A stretch of DNA of 64,000 nucleotides from Patescibacteria group bacterium. GTDB taxonomy: Bacteria; Patescibacteriota; Microgenomatia; PFEM01; JAHIFH01. Shown here one piece after another: positions 49,206 to 59,756 of this stretch (position 1 is the first letter of the stretch; each line of letters begins with the position of its first letter). Both the position numbers and the translations under genes were made by a program. Under the pieces are notes generated by a model. That model was not told the DNA's origin. It saw only the letters and a program-made list of their open reading frames with translations, and searched no databases. The stretch covers positions 521-64,520 of the forward strand of contig DATKWU010000005.1 of NCBI GenBank assembly GCA_035529375.1, in the 5' to 3' direction.

Positions 49206-50080
49206 TTTCGGGCTTTTTTAATCAAATACCTAATGATTTCTTTGGCGACGTCAATCTTGGTTCTCTTTTCAAAAACTTCGAACTGAGGGGCTTCATTAAC
49301 TTCAATAACGACTGGCTGATTATTTCGCTTGTCTAAAACCATATCAACTGAAGCAATTTCTACTTTCAAAGCTCGACAAGCTTTCTCTGCTTCTTCTTTA
49401 ATTGCCTGAGGAATTGTTTTCAAAACCTCTGATGAACCTACTGAACGATTCAAAACCAATTTTTCCTCTTTTTTCTGTCTCTTAAAACCGCCTAGAACCT
49501 GATAACCAATCAACATTAATCGATAATCACCGTCGTTAGGAACGTATTCCTGAAGCAAAAAGCCTGTTTTTTCAATCCTTCCTTTAATGGCTCGTTCTAA
49601 AACTTCCTTATCCTTAATTAATAAAGTTCCCATTCCCTGTCTGCCTCCCTTAGAAATCTTTAAAACAAAAGGATATTGAAAATTCTTAGCTTCCTCTAAT
49701 AATCTTTCTTTATTGGAAGCAAAACTTGTTTTGGGATAATTAATCTTATCCCCAGCTAGAATAACGCCACCAATGCTCTTAGCTCTCTTTTCCAAGCCTA
49801 AATCAGTTAAATAGTCATCAACAACAGGAATTTTATGCCTCTGAGCATAAAGAATAAGTAAGTTTGCCCATTCTGTCGCTCCTCCCACTGCCCGAAAATA
49901 GAATAAATTAAAATCTGCTAAAGATTCACCTTCATATAAAATTTTAAATTCGTTCCCCTTTTGTCTCAGGGTCAAATCATCATATTGGATTGGGATCAAT
50001 TCAATCCCTTCCTTTTTAGCGGATTCTAAAAATTTCTCTCCGGTATCAAACCAAACTCGATAAAATAAGGCAATTTTCAT
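49202..50080 (-). CDS. RimK-family ATP-grasp ligase
   Basis: YPFVLK..GGRQGMG, LLQEYVP..DYR and IEVNEAPQF. Confidence 0.85.
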   Translation of the reverse strand: MKIALFYRVWFDTGEKFLESAKKEGIELIPIQYDDLTLRQKGNEFKILYEGESLADFNLFYFRAVGGATEWANLLILYAQRHKIPVVDDYLTDLGLEKRAKSIGGVILAGDKINYPKTSFASNKERLLEEAKNFQYPFVLKISKGGRQGMGTLLIKDKEVLERAIKGRIEKTGFLLQEYVPNDGDYRLMLIGYQVLGGFKRQKKEEKLVLNRSVGSSEVLKTIPQAIKEEAEKACRALKVEIASVDMVLDKRNNQPVVIEVNEAPQFEVFEKRTKIDVAKEIIRYLIKKARK

Positions 50081-51400
50081 TTAAATTCTCCTAAATTGGG
50101 CTGATTCTATTGGCTCTGGTCTAACTAAAAAGCCCATCAAGTCCCTTAAACCTACTAAGAAAGGTGTTTTTAGGTGTGAACGCCTGGTAACACTAGCACT
50201 GGTTTTAATTCTCCTGCCTTTTAAGTAAAAAGTCAAACTAATTACTTTCCTTTCTTTCCTCTTACCTAGAGCCGATTGATAGTAACGGGTGAAAATCGTG
50301 TTCTCTGGAGTCAATAAGCCCAATTCTTCGGCCAGTTTTTTATCAATCGAGCTCCTTAGAGCTCCGGTATCTATCTTTGCTAAAACAGAGACTGTTTTCT
50401 TATTCGCCGCCTTAATCTTAACTTCCTCGAGAACATTAATAATTTTAGCCCCTTTTTTAGCAAGAACTTTATCAGCAAACCGCTCAGCAAAAAGGTCTTG
50501 GGCAATCTTTACCCCCTTTTCGGCTCCATCGACTGTTAAGCCTTCAACCCTCGCTAATCTCCCTCGTAAGGGCGCTAGATTAGCATTCTGAATATCTAGC
50601 CCCGGTCGAGCATTAAGTTCTAGAATCATTGGTCCTTTTTCCTTATCTAAAATGATATCAACTCCGAAAAAGCCTAACTGAGAAACAACTTCCTGAATTT
50701 TAACCGCTAAAATTAAGGTTTCTTCCCAAAAAGGTAACTTTAAACCATTAATTTTCTTCTTTGTCCCCGGAATAAGCTTAACTCTTCTGCCATTATAAAA
50801 GCCATAGGTCGTGATGCCGGTAGCTAAATCAATTCCCACTCCAATCGCTCCCTGGTGGAGATTAGCCTTTCCTCGAGATTCAGGCGTGGGTAAACGAAGC
50901 ATAGCCATTACCGGCACCTTATTAAAAACGATTATTCGAATATCGGGTGTCCCTCGATAAGTATATCTTTTAAAAATTGGGTGAATTTTAACTCGTTCTT
51001 CAACAAAAGCTTTGTCAGGTAGATTATGAAGGCTAAAACGCCCAGCAAAGATATCAAGAATATGTTGTCTGATTTGACTGATATCAATCTTCTCATCTCC
51101 CATTAAATACCATTCCCCTGCCCATTTGCCTTTTTTCTTAATGACTAAAATTCCATCTCCACCTAAGCCTCGACTTGGTTTAACGACGAAATTACCTGGT
51201 AGTTTTTCCCATTGAAAATTATTCAAATCTTCAATTGTCTCAAAAACTGCGTAAAGTTTAGGATGAGGCAGATTATGCCTGCTGAGAATTTTTTTGGTTA
51301 AAAGCTTAGAATCAGCAATCTTCCTCCCTCTTTTTTTATTAAAGCGGAGATAAACTTGATTACGGGCATTTTTACCTAGGAGATAATAGGTCTTTGCCAT
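50081..51400 (-). CDS. Alpha-L-glutamate ligase-like ATP-grasp fused to a RimK-associated aspartyl-protease-like domain
   Basis: DIRIIVF, AMLRLPT, ANLHQG and LELNARPGL; C-terminal AKIDTGA. Confidence 0.85.
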   Translation of the reverse strand: MAKTYYLLGKNARNQVYLRFNKKRGRKIADSKLLTKKILSRHNLPHPKLYAVFETIEDLNNFQWEKLPGNFVVKPSRGLGGDGILVIKKKGKWAGEWYLMGDEKIDISQIRQHILDIFAGRFSLHNLPDKAFVEERVKIHPIFKRYTYRGTPDIRIIVFNKVPVMAMLRLPTPESRGKANLHQGAIGVGIDLATGITTYGFYNGRRVKLIPGTKKKINGLKLPFWEETLILAVKIQEVVSQLGFFGVDIILDKEKGPMILELNARPGLDIQNANLAPLRGRLARVEGLTVDGAEKGVKIAQDLFAERFADKVLAKKGAKIINVLEEVKIKAANKKTVSVLAKIDTGALRSSIDKKLAEELGLLTPENTIFTRYYQSALGKRKERKVISLTFYLKGRRIKTSASVTRRSHLKTPFLVGLRDLMGFLVRPEPIESAQFRRI

Positions 51401-51403
51401 AAA

Positions 51404-52264
51404 TTAACCTTCTTTTAAAACTCGTCGGAAGCGAAACAATTCTAAAAGCCGTATGCCAGTATAGCGACCAATAAGAATATCAAAAACAGGCACAATAATT
51501 AAAGTCAATTCAGGATTAAGCAGAACAAATTTTTGCAGAATTTGGAGTTTCATTAAACCAAAACAAGAAAAAGCCAAAATCAATGTCTCAATCGTGATTT
51601 TAACCGCTTCCCTTAAACTTCTTCCCTTTTGGACATCAATAAAGGCTTCAGAAAGAAGAATCAAAATGAGAATTGGGAAAATGGAAACAATAGCAATATC
51701 CATCCATTCTAATAAAGGAGCAAAAAGGACTACTAAAAGAACAGCCAAAGAAATAAACCAAAACAACAAGGCCATTCGTGGTAAATAATGAATCCTGATT
51801 CTAATTTTTCTCAAAAGAAAACGGCCAAAGTTAGTCATCGCCAAAATCGCAAAGAAAAGAAATAAACCAGGAATAATCCCGGTCGCATAAAGAGCCACGG
51901 AAATCATGGTAGGCGTAAAAATACCAAATCCACGAATACCAACTAAATGTCGTAAGGCAGCAATCACGGCAACTAGAATAGGTAATAATAAGATCAGAAC
52001 AATCGTATTAACCGGAACACCAGAGACAACGGCTCGATGGATAACGTGTTTAAAAAAATTAGTGATCCCTAGAGAACCTAATTGCTGTTCATTTAAAGCT
52101 CTATCCAACTCTGTTAAAGGTACTTGAGGCTCCGTCAAATTTCCTCTCTGTTCAGGAGGAATTGGCCAAACGAATTGACCCTGAGCCATAAGGCCATTGG
52201 TTTTTCCCAAAACAAAGAAAAAGCTAAAAGCAATTAATAAGAAACAAATGAACTTCTTAATCAT
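51404..52264 (-). CDS. 7TM domain protein of the type associated with ATP-grasp/inactive transglutaminase systems
   Basis: RHLVGIRGFGIFTP, HYLPR, SIFPILIL and GRYTGIRLLELFRF. Confidence 0.8.
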   Translation of the reverse strand: MIKKFICFLLIAFSFFFVLGKTNGLMAQGQFVWPIPPEQRGNLTEPQVPLTELDRALNEQQLGSLGITNFFKHVIHRAVVSGVPVNTIVLILLLPILVAVIAALRHLVGIRGFGIFTPTMISVALYATGIIPGLFLFFAILAMTNFGRFLLRKIRIRIHYLPRMALLFWFISLAVLLVVLFAPLLEWMDIAIVSIFPILILILLSEAFIDVQKGRSLREAVKITIETLILAFSCFGLMKLQILQKFVLLNPELTLIIVPVFDILIGRYTGIRLLELFRFRRVLKEG

Positions 52265-52312
52265 CTTAACTCTATTATAGTAAACCGAAATCATTAGAAG
52301 CAAGAAGAAAGA

Positions 52313-53044
52313 TTACTTGGCTAATTCAGCCTCAATAATCGTTTTGAAGTTTGAAAAAGGCACGGCACCAACTAACATTTGACCATTAATAAAGAAAGTT
52401 GGTGTTCCTTGAACGCCTACCTCCAATCCTAAATCTCTATCAGTTTCTATTACTTGAGTATATTTACCTGAATCAAGACAGGTATCAAACTCTGCTTTGT
52501 TTAATAAATTCAACTGACTAACGAAGTTATCAATATCAGCATCCACACTCTCTTTCCCAGACCACTCCTCTTGGTTTTCGAAAATAAGATTATGCATTTG
52601 CCAATACTGGCCTTGGTCGCCGGCACAACGGGCGGCCTCAGCCATCTTTTGAGCATGGGCATGAAATTGAAGAGGAAAATCATGAAAGATATAACGAATC
52701 TGGTCACCATATTCCTCCAATATCTGAGGATAACTCTCCATTACATATTTACCGCAATAAGGACATTGATATTCAGAAAATTCAACAATTGTCACGGGAG
52801 CATTTTCTTCACCTTTAACCGCCGCTCCTCCACTCTCAATTTTTTTAATTTGTTCTTCACCAAGCACTTCTCCTTGCTCTTGAGCGGCTTGAGGAGCAGG
52901 ACTCGCCTGGGCAATTTCCTTTTTTCCCTCCCCACCCTGGCCTAAAAATCTCATCACAAACATTCCTATCAAAAAAGCGACAATGAGGGCTAAGACAAAA
53001 ATAATTATGGTAGTTAGACTTCGTTCTTTTTTTTCTTCTGCCAT
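52313..53044 (-). CDS. DsbA/BdbD-like thiol-disulfide oxidoreductase
   Basis: N-terminal TM, EFSEYQCPYC and GTPTFFING. Confidence 0.9.
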   Translation of the reverse strand: MAEEKKERSLTTIIIFVLALIVAFLIGMFVMRFLGQGGEGKKEIAQASPAPQAAQEQGEVLGEEQIKKIESGGAAVKGEENAPVTIVEFSEYQCPYCGKYVMESYPQILEEYGDQIRYIFHDFPLQFHAHAQKMAEAARCAGDQGQYWQMHNLIFENQEEWSGKESVDADIDNFVSQLNLLNKAEFDTCLDSGKYTQVIETDRDLGLEVGVQGTPTFFINGQMLVGAVPFSNFKTIIEAELAK

Positions 53045-53046
53045 CT

Positions 53047-53235
53047 TTATTTACCTAAATAAATTGCTTCAACTGGACAAGAATCAACCGCTTCCTTTAT
53101 TTTCTCTTCTTCATCACCCGAAGGATTAATTATCTCCGCCTTGCCATCATTTCCAAGCTTAAATGTTTTGGGGGCAAGAATTGTGCAGGTGCCGCAACCA
53201 ATACATTTTGCCTTGTCAACGGCAGGTTTTCTCAT
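53047..53235 (-). CDS. Single-cluster ferredoxin
   Basis: CIGCGTC...CPVEAI. Confidence 0.88.
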   Translation of the reverse strand: MRKPAVDKAKCIGCGTCTILAPKTFKLGNDGKAEIINPSGDEEEKIKEAVDSCPVEAIYLGK

Positions 53236-53270
53236 AACTTGGCGTATCCTAACATTTCTTTAGCCTCAAG

Positions 53271-54221
53271 TCAACTTTTTTGACCCCAGGAAGGCGCAGG
53301 CGTAGCTCCCTGATGAAGGTATTGGTAAACACCGGCCGCGGCCCGGGCACCGTCAGAGGCCGCAGTAATAAACTGACGAAAAAGAATCCCCCCTTGAATA
53401 CTAGCAATATCACCAGCCGCAAAAACTCCAGGAAGACTAGTTTCCATACCTGGATTGACTTTAATATAACCACCCTCATCAATCTCAATCCCTAAAGATT
53501 TGACTAAACTAGAAGTGGGTATTTGACCAATCTCAATAAAAACCCCGTCTACCTTTAATTCTTGATTATCTTTGTAAGGATTTTTTAAAATAAGACTCTC
53601 AACCTTTTCTGTCCCTTTAATTTCTTTAACTTCATTAGACAAAACCTCTTCGACCTTATCTGTTTGTTTCATTTTTTCCACCCAGGTTGGTTCAGCCCGG
53701 TATTCATCGCGGCGGTGAATAATATAAACTTTTTTAGCAAATTGAGCGGCATGAACAGCGCTGGTAACAGCGGAATCACCTCCACCAACGATAGCAACTG
53801 TTTTCTCCTTAAATAAAGGAATATCGCAATTAGTACAGTAAGAAACGCCCCTACCGATTAACTTATCTTCGCCAGGAATATTAAGAGAACGAAAAGAAGC
53901 TCCCATCGCCAAAATCAAAGTTTTTGCCTGATAAGGTCCTTTATCAGTCTTTACTTCAAAACCATCCCCACTTTTCGCTAAACCACCAACTCTCTCCTGT
54001 TTAATTTCGACCTCATATCTTTTTACCTGTTCAATCATCTTTTGCATCAATTCAGGTCCAGGAATAGATAAATAGCCGGGGTAGTTCTCGACTGTCCCTG
54101 CTAGAGTTCCTTGCCCTCCAGGCGTTTCCCCAATCAGCAGATGGTCAATTTTATAACGACTGGCATAAATAGAAGCCGTCATTCCGGCAACGCCAGCCCC
54201 AACAATAATCAAATCATTCAT
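53271..54221 (-). CDS. trxB: Thioredoxin reductase
   Basis: [22 protein letters not shown] and VFAAGD. Confidence 0.9.
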   Translation of the reverse strand: MNDLIIVGAGVAGMTASIYASRYKIDHLLIGETPGGQGTLAGTVENYPGYLSIPGPELMQKMIEQVKRYEVEIKQERVGGLAKSGDGFEVKTDKGPYQAKTLILAMGASFRSLNIPGEDKLIGRGVSYCTNCDIPLFKEKTVAIVGGGDSAVTSAVHAAQFAKKVYIIHRRDEYRAEPTWVEKMKQTDKVEEVLSNEVKEIKGTEKVESLILKNPYKDNQELKVDGVFIEIGQIPTSSLVKSLGIEIDEGGYIKVNPGMETSLPGVFAAGDIASIQGGILFRQFITAASDGARAAAGVYQYLHQGATPAPSWGQKS

Positions 54222-54534
54222 TCAAAACCTCCTCAATTAATTTTCTATAACCTTCTTTACCAGGAAAGCCGATTTGTTTCTTGACTGCTTTGCCTTCCTT
54301 GAAAATAATCACGGTGGGAATACTCATCACCCTATACTCTTGGGCTGTCTTGGGATTTTCATCAACATTTAATTTTCCTGCTTCAATTCTGTCTTGGTAC
54401 TCTCTGACTAACTCTTCGATCACTGGGCCTGCCATTTGACAAGGACCACACCAGGGTGCCCAAAAATCAACAAAAACCGGCATTGCTGCCTTTAAAACTT
54501 CCTGATCAAAATTTTTATCAGTTAAATCGATCAC
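54214..54534 (-). CDS. trxA: Thioredoxin
   Basis: [10 protein letters not shown] and SIPT. Confidence 0.95.
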   Translation of the reverse strand: MIDLTDKNFDQEVLKAAMPVFVDFWAPWCGPCQMAGPVIEELVREYQDRIEAGKLNVDENPKTAQEYRVMSIPTVIIFKEGKAVKKQIGFPGKEGYRKLIEEVLNE

Positions 54535-54561
54535 TCTTAACTCCTCTTAAAACAGAAGTCA

Positions 54562-54717
54562 TTAAAGCCATAAATTCTGCAAAACAACCAAAATCAAAAT
54601 TAAAGTCACCACTGCTAAAAGTAAAAGGAAATTTCTTTTTTCAAATAAAGACTGACTCGTTACTCTTGTCTTTCTCCGAGTTGTTTTTCTTTTTGTCGCT
54701 TTCTTTTTTCTTGCCAT
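54562..54717 (-). CDS. 51-aa basic, tail-anchored microprotein (absent from the ORF track)
   Basis: MARKKKATKRKTTRRKTRVTSQSLFEKRNFLLLLAVVTLILILVVLQNLWL; AAGGAGGTG RBS; fills the operon gap. Confidence 0.7.
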   Translation of the reverse strand: MARKKKATKRKTTRRKTRVTSQSLFEKRNFLLLLAVVTLILILVVLQNLWL

Positions 54718-54732
54718 CTTCCACCTCCTTCC

Positions 54733-55491
54733 CTAGCTAGCAAGCCAGCCGCCATCAACATATAAGACTATTCCGGTAATATAGTCAGCTTCATCACTAG
54801 CCAAAAAGGCTGCCGCTCTACCAATGTCTTCAGGTTTACCTGCTCTACCTTTAGGTATTCTAGCTAACGTTCCTTTTAATTGTTCTTTATCCTCGGTAAT
54901 AAACTTGGTCATATCAGTATCCACTAATCCCGGCGCAATTGCATTAACATTAATCCCTTTTGGTCCCAACTCAACTGCCATTGCTTCGGTGAGGGCCACT
55001 GAGCCGCCTTTAGAGGTCGCGTAATGGGCAATATTACTTGAGCCAATCCCCACGCCTCCAGAGGCAACCGAAGCCATGTTAATAATCCTTCCGCCTGGAC
55101 CCATTAATTTCAAAGCCGCTTGAGAACAAAGAAATTGGCCTTTTAAATTAACATTAATGACTTTATCCCACTCTTCTTCAGGAATCGCTTCGAAAGGATG
55201 GACAGTCAGAATACCAGCGTTATTAACTAAAATATCTAATTTTTTCCACTTACTGCTAATCTCTGCAAACATTTTACTAACCGAAGCCACCTCAGAAACA
55301 TCGGCTTGAACAGCAAAGGCTTGACGGCCCATTTTTTCAATTTCCGTCACCACTATTTGAGCCTCTTCAATCTTGGAATGGCAATTGATAATCACATCCG
55401 CCCCTTGTTTAGCTAAGGCCAAAGCAATCCCTCGGCCAATACCCCGAGAAGCACCCGTCACTAAGGCTTTCTTTCCTGTTAAATCAAACAT
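54733..55491 (-). CDS. SDR family oxidoreductase (FabG-like)
   Basis: TGASRGIG, NNAG and YATSK. Confidence 0.92.
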   Translation of the reverse strand: MFDLTGKKALVTGASRGIGRGIALALAKQGADVIINCHSKIEEAQIVVTEIEKMGRQAFAVQADVSEVASVSKMFAEISSKWKKLDILVNNAGILTVHPFEAIPEEEWDKVINVNLKGQFLCSQAALKLMGPGGRIINMASVASGGVGIGSSNIAHYATSKGGSVALTEAMAVELGPKGINVNAIAPGLVDTDMTKFITEDKEQLKGTLARIPKGRAGKPEDIGRAAAFLASDEADYITGIVLYVDGGWLAS

Positions 55492-55512
55492 TATTTCACC
55501 CCCCCTCCTTTT

Positions 55513-56061
55513 TTATATTAACAAAATATTTAAGCCAATAAATAAGAATAACATTAAAATAACAAAAAATTTCTGTTGACGAAAAGTAATTTCTGTCTTA
55601 ACCTGCCAAAAGAGCCAACGATGAAGTTGCTCATCCTTACCCCGAACTAATAATTCAAACTCATCTTTTAGTAAATGCAAGGCCATGGCTATTACTAAAC
55701 CACTACCAAAAAGACTGCCAGTCGAAGTCAAAACAAAAAAACAAATAACATAAAGAATCAATTGAAAAAAAGCGCTATGAAAAGATAATCTAAACCTTTC
55801 TTCTTGGGTATCAACCAATAAAATTAGAGCTTCTTTAAATTGACGTTTATCAACTAATTGTTTCACCCTAATACTAGTTAACTCCTGAGGGTAGATGAAT
55901 AAAGTGTAGAGCAAGTGATCAAGGTCAAGAAGAAAAGTGCCTATTAAACCTCCTAGCCAGAGAAAAATGAGATTCCAGTGCCAACTCCAACGCAGTAAAG
56001 TAACTAGTAACAACCAAATAAAAGTAATGAGTAAATGACTCCTTATTTCTTTTTTAAGCAT
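55513..56061 (-). CDS. Membrane protein, possible metal-dependent hydrolase
   Basis: Multi-TM with LDLDH, FHS and HLLKD motifs. Confidence 0.55.
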   Translation of the reverse strand: MLKKEIRSHLLITFIWLLLVTLLRWSWHWNLIFLWLGGLIGTFLLDLDHLLYTLFIYPQELTSIRVKQLVDKRQFKEALILLVDTQEERFRLSFHSAFFQLILYVICFFVLTSTGSLFGSGLVIAMALHLLKDEFELLVRGKDEQLHRWLFWQVKTEITFRQQKFFVILMLFLFIGLNILLI

Positions 56062-56777
56062 AGCTTTCTTAAAGCTTGGGCATTCTCAACCGCATAACCC
56101 AGGGCATCGTTGTTAAAATAGGCATAAATATCAAAACCCTGATTTTGCCAAACTCTGATCTTTTTTGCCCACTGCCTTAATTCTCTTTCAGTATAGCACG
56201 AAGAATAGAGTTGTGTCCTGCCATGAAAGCGGAGATAAACAAAATCAGCGGTTACTTCTCTGGTGATCGGCCAACCAGGATTATCTTGAAAAACAAGGGC
56301 AATCTTATTCTGCTTAAGAATTTGGTAGATTTCATCCGTCAACCAACTTTTCTCTCGGAATTCAAAGGCATAACGCCATTTTTTGGGCAGGTTTTTTAAA
56401 AACTCAACTAATCTTTCAGGGTTAGCCTTAAATCTCGGAGGCAACTGCCAAAGAACAACCTCTTTATTATTTTTAATCCCTTCAGCATTTTTAAAAAACC
56501 TTTTGACTGGTTCCTGACATTCCTTTAACTTCTTCATTTGAGTAATATAGCGACTACCTTTAATCGCAAAAACAAAATTCTTGCCTGCTCGTCGCCGCCA
56601 ATCTTTAAAAACCTCTTTTTTGGGCAGGTGATAAAAAGAAACATTTAATTCCAGGGTGTCAAAATGTCGGCAATAATAATCAAACCACTTAGATTGGGGC
56701 AGGTTTTGAGGATAAAAAACTCCTTTACCCCAATGAGAATAAGAAAAACCAGAAGTACCTATAAAGATCTTTCCCAT
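56043..56777 (-). CDS. DUF72 (YecE-like) protein
   Basis: IGTSGFSY, ELNVSFY, QLPP, YLRFHG and YFNND. Confidence 0.9.
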   Translation of the reverse strand: MGKIFIGTSGFSYSHWGKGVFYPQNLPQSKWFDYYCRHFDTLELNVSFYHLPKKEVFKDWRRRAGKNFVFAIKGSRYITQMKKLKECQEPVKRFFKNAEGIKNNKEVVLWQLPPRFKANPERLVEFLKNLPKKWRYAFEFREKSWLTDEIYQILKQNKIALVFQDNPGWPITREVTADFVYLRFHGRTQLYSSCYTERELRQWAKKIRVWQNQGFDIYAYFNNDALGYAVENAQALRKLCLKKK

Positions 56778-57061
56778 AAATGCTTTTTCAGATCAACGTG
56801 TTTTTTATCTTTAAACTTTACGCCATCCTTTAAAAGCTTTTTTCTCTGCTCTCTAAAGCTTGGCGCTAATCTCCCCTCTTGACTAACGACTCGATAGCAA
56901 GGAATTGTTTTGGGATCAGGATTCCGATGAAGGGCGTTGCCAACTGCCCGAGCGGCCTTTGGCTTGCCCAGCTTAGCGGCAATTTGACCATAGACCGCCA
57001 CTTTACCAGCCGGAATTTGCCTAGTAAACTGATAAACCTTTTGAGAAAAACTTTGTTTCAC
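56759..57061 (-). CDS. MGMT/Ogt-family O6-alkylguanine DNA-binding domain protein
   Basis: IPAGKVAVYGQIA, ARAVGNAL and IPCYRVV. Confidence 0.88.
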   Translation of the reverse strand: MKQSFSQKVYQFTRQIPAGKVAVYGQIAAKLGKPKAARAVGNALHRNPDPKTIPCYRVVSQEGRLAPSFREQRKKLLKDGVKFKDKKHVDLKKHLWERSL

Positions 57062-57391
57062 CTATTTTGCCTCGTAGATAACTTTTTCTTTTTTCTTTTC
57101 CTGCCATTTTTTCCTTAGCTCTGTTAGCTTCCACATAAACAATCTGGCTGGATTTTCTACGTTAGAAGCATCTTTAACAAAATTCCTGGCTTTTTCGAGC
57201 ATTGGCCGAGGCAATTCCTTAGCCAATTTAATATAAAGAGCTTTCCGCTCTAAATCATTTAATTCTTCGGCTAAACGATAGCCAAAATCCTGAAATTCCC
57301 GAGAAATATATTTTTTTTCATCCCAACTAAAATCTTTCAGAACATCGCCAATTGCCTGAAGACCTTTTGTTTTATCTCTCTTTTTCACCAT
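57062..57391 (-). CDS. Hypothetical protein
   Basis: 109-aa ORF tightly packed in the operon. Confidence 0.7.
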   Translation of the reverse strand: MVKKRDKTKGLQAIGDVLKDFSWDEKKYISREFQDFGYRLAEELNDLERKALYIKLAKELPRPMLEKARNFVKDASNVENPARLFMWKLTELRKKWQEKKKEKVIYEAK

Positions 57392-57392
57392 T

Positions 57393-58577
57393 TTATCTCT
57401 TTGTAATTAAAATTGGGGCTAAGGTTCCCAGAGAAGCCAAGATAAAAATCGTCTCTAAGGGTAAACCAAGAAAAACTAAAACTCCTGCCAATAAAAGGCC
57501 ACTAACAGCTCCCAGTCCTAAGGAAATTTCCATAAAATAAAGAGATTGACCGGTGCCACCATCAACTGCTTTCTGATAAGTTCGCACTAAAAAAGGAATA
57601 TGGAGCATTTGTTCCGCTACTCGATAGAAACTATCGACACCCACGATTATTAAAGGCGTTCGGGCAATAATTCGAACCAGCCAAGTAAGGAAACCGACCA
57701 TTGCTCCTAAATTAATAATCATTTTGGTGCCAACTTTATCAACAACCAGGCCGGTAAGATAAGTAATCACGGCCGCCACCAAAACCGCAGCGGCAACAAT
57801 TTCCCCAAAAGCTAAAATTTTCCCAACTAACAAAAATAAAAAGATTGGCCAAACTACCCCATACAAAGATGACTCCAATCCCCAACCAAAATAGCCCAAC
57901 ATCACCTTTTTATGAGTTCTAAAAAGGCGTAAAACGCTAGTAATTCGGGCATCTTGATGGGGCTTAATTTCCTTTGACAGCAAGGCAATCATCATCGCTA
58001 AAGTAAAAATTGCTCCGGCTGACAGAAAAAGAAACTGATAACCAAACTTTAGAATCATTAAACCTCCTAAAATTGGCGTCACCACGCCAATTAAAATATA
58101 GAAAGTTTGGCTAAGCCCAGTTTGTTTACCGAAATGCTGATGATCGCCCCGTTTAATAAAAAGCCCATGATAACCAAACCAGAAAAGAGCGGCGTGAATT
58201 CCCCAAAAAACAGAGACCAAAATCAGCAAAAAAGGATAGTTCTGACTAAAAGCAAGTAGGGCAACAAAAAGAAAAAAAGGAATAATTGAAAGAATTAAGG
58301 TCCTTCGATAACCGAGCCGAAAACTAATGTTTTCCGCTAAAGACATGGTCATTAGTTTAGAAACATAAATTAATAAATCATAACCTAAAACAATCAAAAC
58401 TGAGGTAGTAATGGTAAAACCTAAATTCCGACTAATGCTTAAGACATAAAGAGGTGAAAACAAGCCTAATAATTCGACCGCCATTCGGCGCAGAGTGACC
58501 ACAGCAATCACTGAACCTATCCCCTCGTTCTCTAAATGGAGCCAAGGAAAACCAATTGAATGAATAAAATGTTTCAT
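57393..58577 (-). CDS. MFS transporter
   Basis: About 12 TMs; TPILGG and GLVVDKVG. Confidence 0.75.
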   Translation of the reverse strand: MKHFIHSIGFPWLHLENEGIGSVIAVVTLRRMAVELLGLFSPLYVLSISRNLGFTITTSVLIVLGYDLLIYVSKLMTMSLAENISFRLGYRRTLILSIIPFFLFVALLAFSQNYPFLLILVSVFWGIHAALFWFGYHGLFIKRGDHQHFGKQTGLSQTFYILIGVVTPILGGLMILKFGYQFLFLSAGAIFTLAMMIALLSKEIKPHQDARITSVLRLFRTHKKVMLGYFGWGLESSLYGVVWPIFLFLLVGKILAFGEIVAAAVLVAAVITYLTGLVVDKVGTKMIINLGAMVGFLTWLVRIIARTPLIIVGVDSFYRVAEQMLHIPFLVRTYQKAVDGGTGQSLYFMEISLGLGAVSGLLLAGVLVFLGLPLETIFILASLGTLAPILITKR

Positions 58578-59168
58578 CTATCTTTTTCTAAGATCTCCAT
58601 AAAAAACAAACAAAAAAGCCGTGCCTAATAAAGAAAGCAAACCGACTAATAAAAATAAGGGTTGAAAACCTAAATAATTAGCAATCACTCCGCCTAAGCC
58701 TGCGACTACAGCTCCACCCAAATCAGTGGTGGTGTAATAAATACTCCACTCAAAACCCTCCTGATGGCTGTCAACATGCCTAGTAAAAATGGCTAACCAG
58801 GTAGGATAAGAAAGGGCTGCGCCAAAACCACTAATAACTTGAATTAGGAAAATATGAGAAACTGTTCGGGCAAAAATATAAAGAAAAGCAGTCAAAGAAA
58901 TAATCAATGAACCAATAATCATCACCCAAAAATCATCGATTTCGCCTTTTTTCCTATCAATAAACCAAGCTAAGGGGATTTGGATTAAACATTTTGTCAA
59001 AAGAAAAACCGTTATCACCAAACCAGCCATTTCCACGTTGCCACCTTGAATCTGATTAGTTACAAAAACAGCAAAAATAGGATTGATCAATCCCCAACCA
59101 GAGAGCATGAGAATATCGGAAATGGTCAAAAAACGAATGACTTTGTTAATCGAAAAGCTAATTTTCAT
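58578..59168 (-). CDS. Half-size (six-TM) MFS-like protein
   Basis: 196 aa, six TMs; AWFIDRK and QVISGFGAA. Confidence 0.7.
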   Translation of the reverse strand: MKISFSINKVIRFLTISDILMLSGWGLINPIFAVFVTNQIQGGNVEMAGLVITVFLLTKCLIQIPLAWFIDRKKGEIDDFWVMIIGSLIISLTAFLYIFARTVSHIFLIQVISGFGAALSYPTWLAIFTRHVDSHQEGFEWSIYYTTTDLGGAVVAGLGGVIANYLGFQPLFLLVGLLSLLGTAFLFVFYGDLRKR

Positions 59169-59171
59169 TTT

Positions 59172-59756
59172 TTAATTAAATTGATTAGCGGCTCTTTCCC
59201 AGTCTTCAGTTAAAGCCAGCCTAATCGCTTTAACCGCTTTTTTAATTAATTGCTTAACTTTAGCCCTCTCTTCTCGCTTGAATTCTGCTAAAACATATCT
59301 CTCCACTAATTTCTCTTTACCAATCTTGGCTTTATCCTTCTTGACCGGATAACCAATACCTAAGCGAAAACGAACAAAGTCACCATTACCCAATTTTTCG
59401 ATAATTGATTCCAAACCACGATGACCAGCTGAACTCCCGCCTTTTCTGATTCTTACCTTCCCCAAAGGCAAATCAACATCATCATGGATGATCCAAATAT
59501 CTTCTGGCTTAATTTTATAATAACTAGCTATCTTGGCAACGGCAAACCCAGAAGCATTCATAAATGTTTGGGGCTGGACAAGGATAATTTCATCAATTCT
59601 AGTGATGAGACTGTTAAACCTTTTACTCTCCTGCCAGGCTGTTTCTTCTACTGGCATTAATTTCTTTAGTAATTCATCCAAAACCAAAAACCCTAAATTA
59701 TGGCGAGTCTTTTGATATTTTCTTTCTGGATTACCTAAACCAACAATAAGTTTCAC
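59172..59756 (-). CDS. pth: Peptidyl-tRNA hydrolase
   Basis: LIVGLGNP, TRHNLG, TFMNASG, HDDVD and RFRLGIG. Confidence 0.96.
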   Translation of the reverse strand: MKLIVGLGNPERKYQKTRHNLGFLVLDELLKKLMPVEETAWQESKRFNSLITRIDEIILVQPQTFMNASGFAVAKIASYYKIKPEDIWIIHDDVDLPLGKVRIRKGGSSAGHRGLESIIEKLGNGDFVRFRLGIGYPVKKDKAKIGKEKLVERYVLAEFKREERAKVKQLIKKAVKAIRLALTEDWERAANQFN

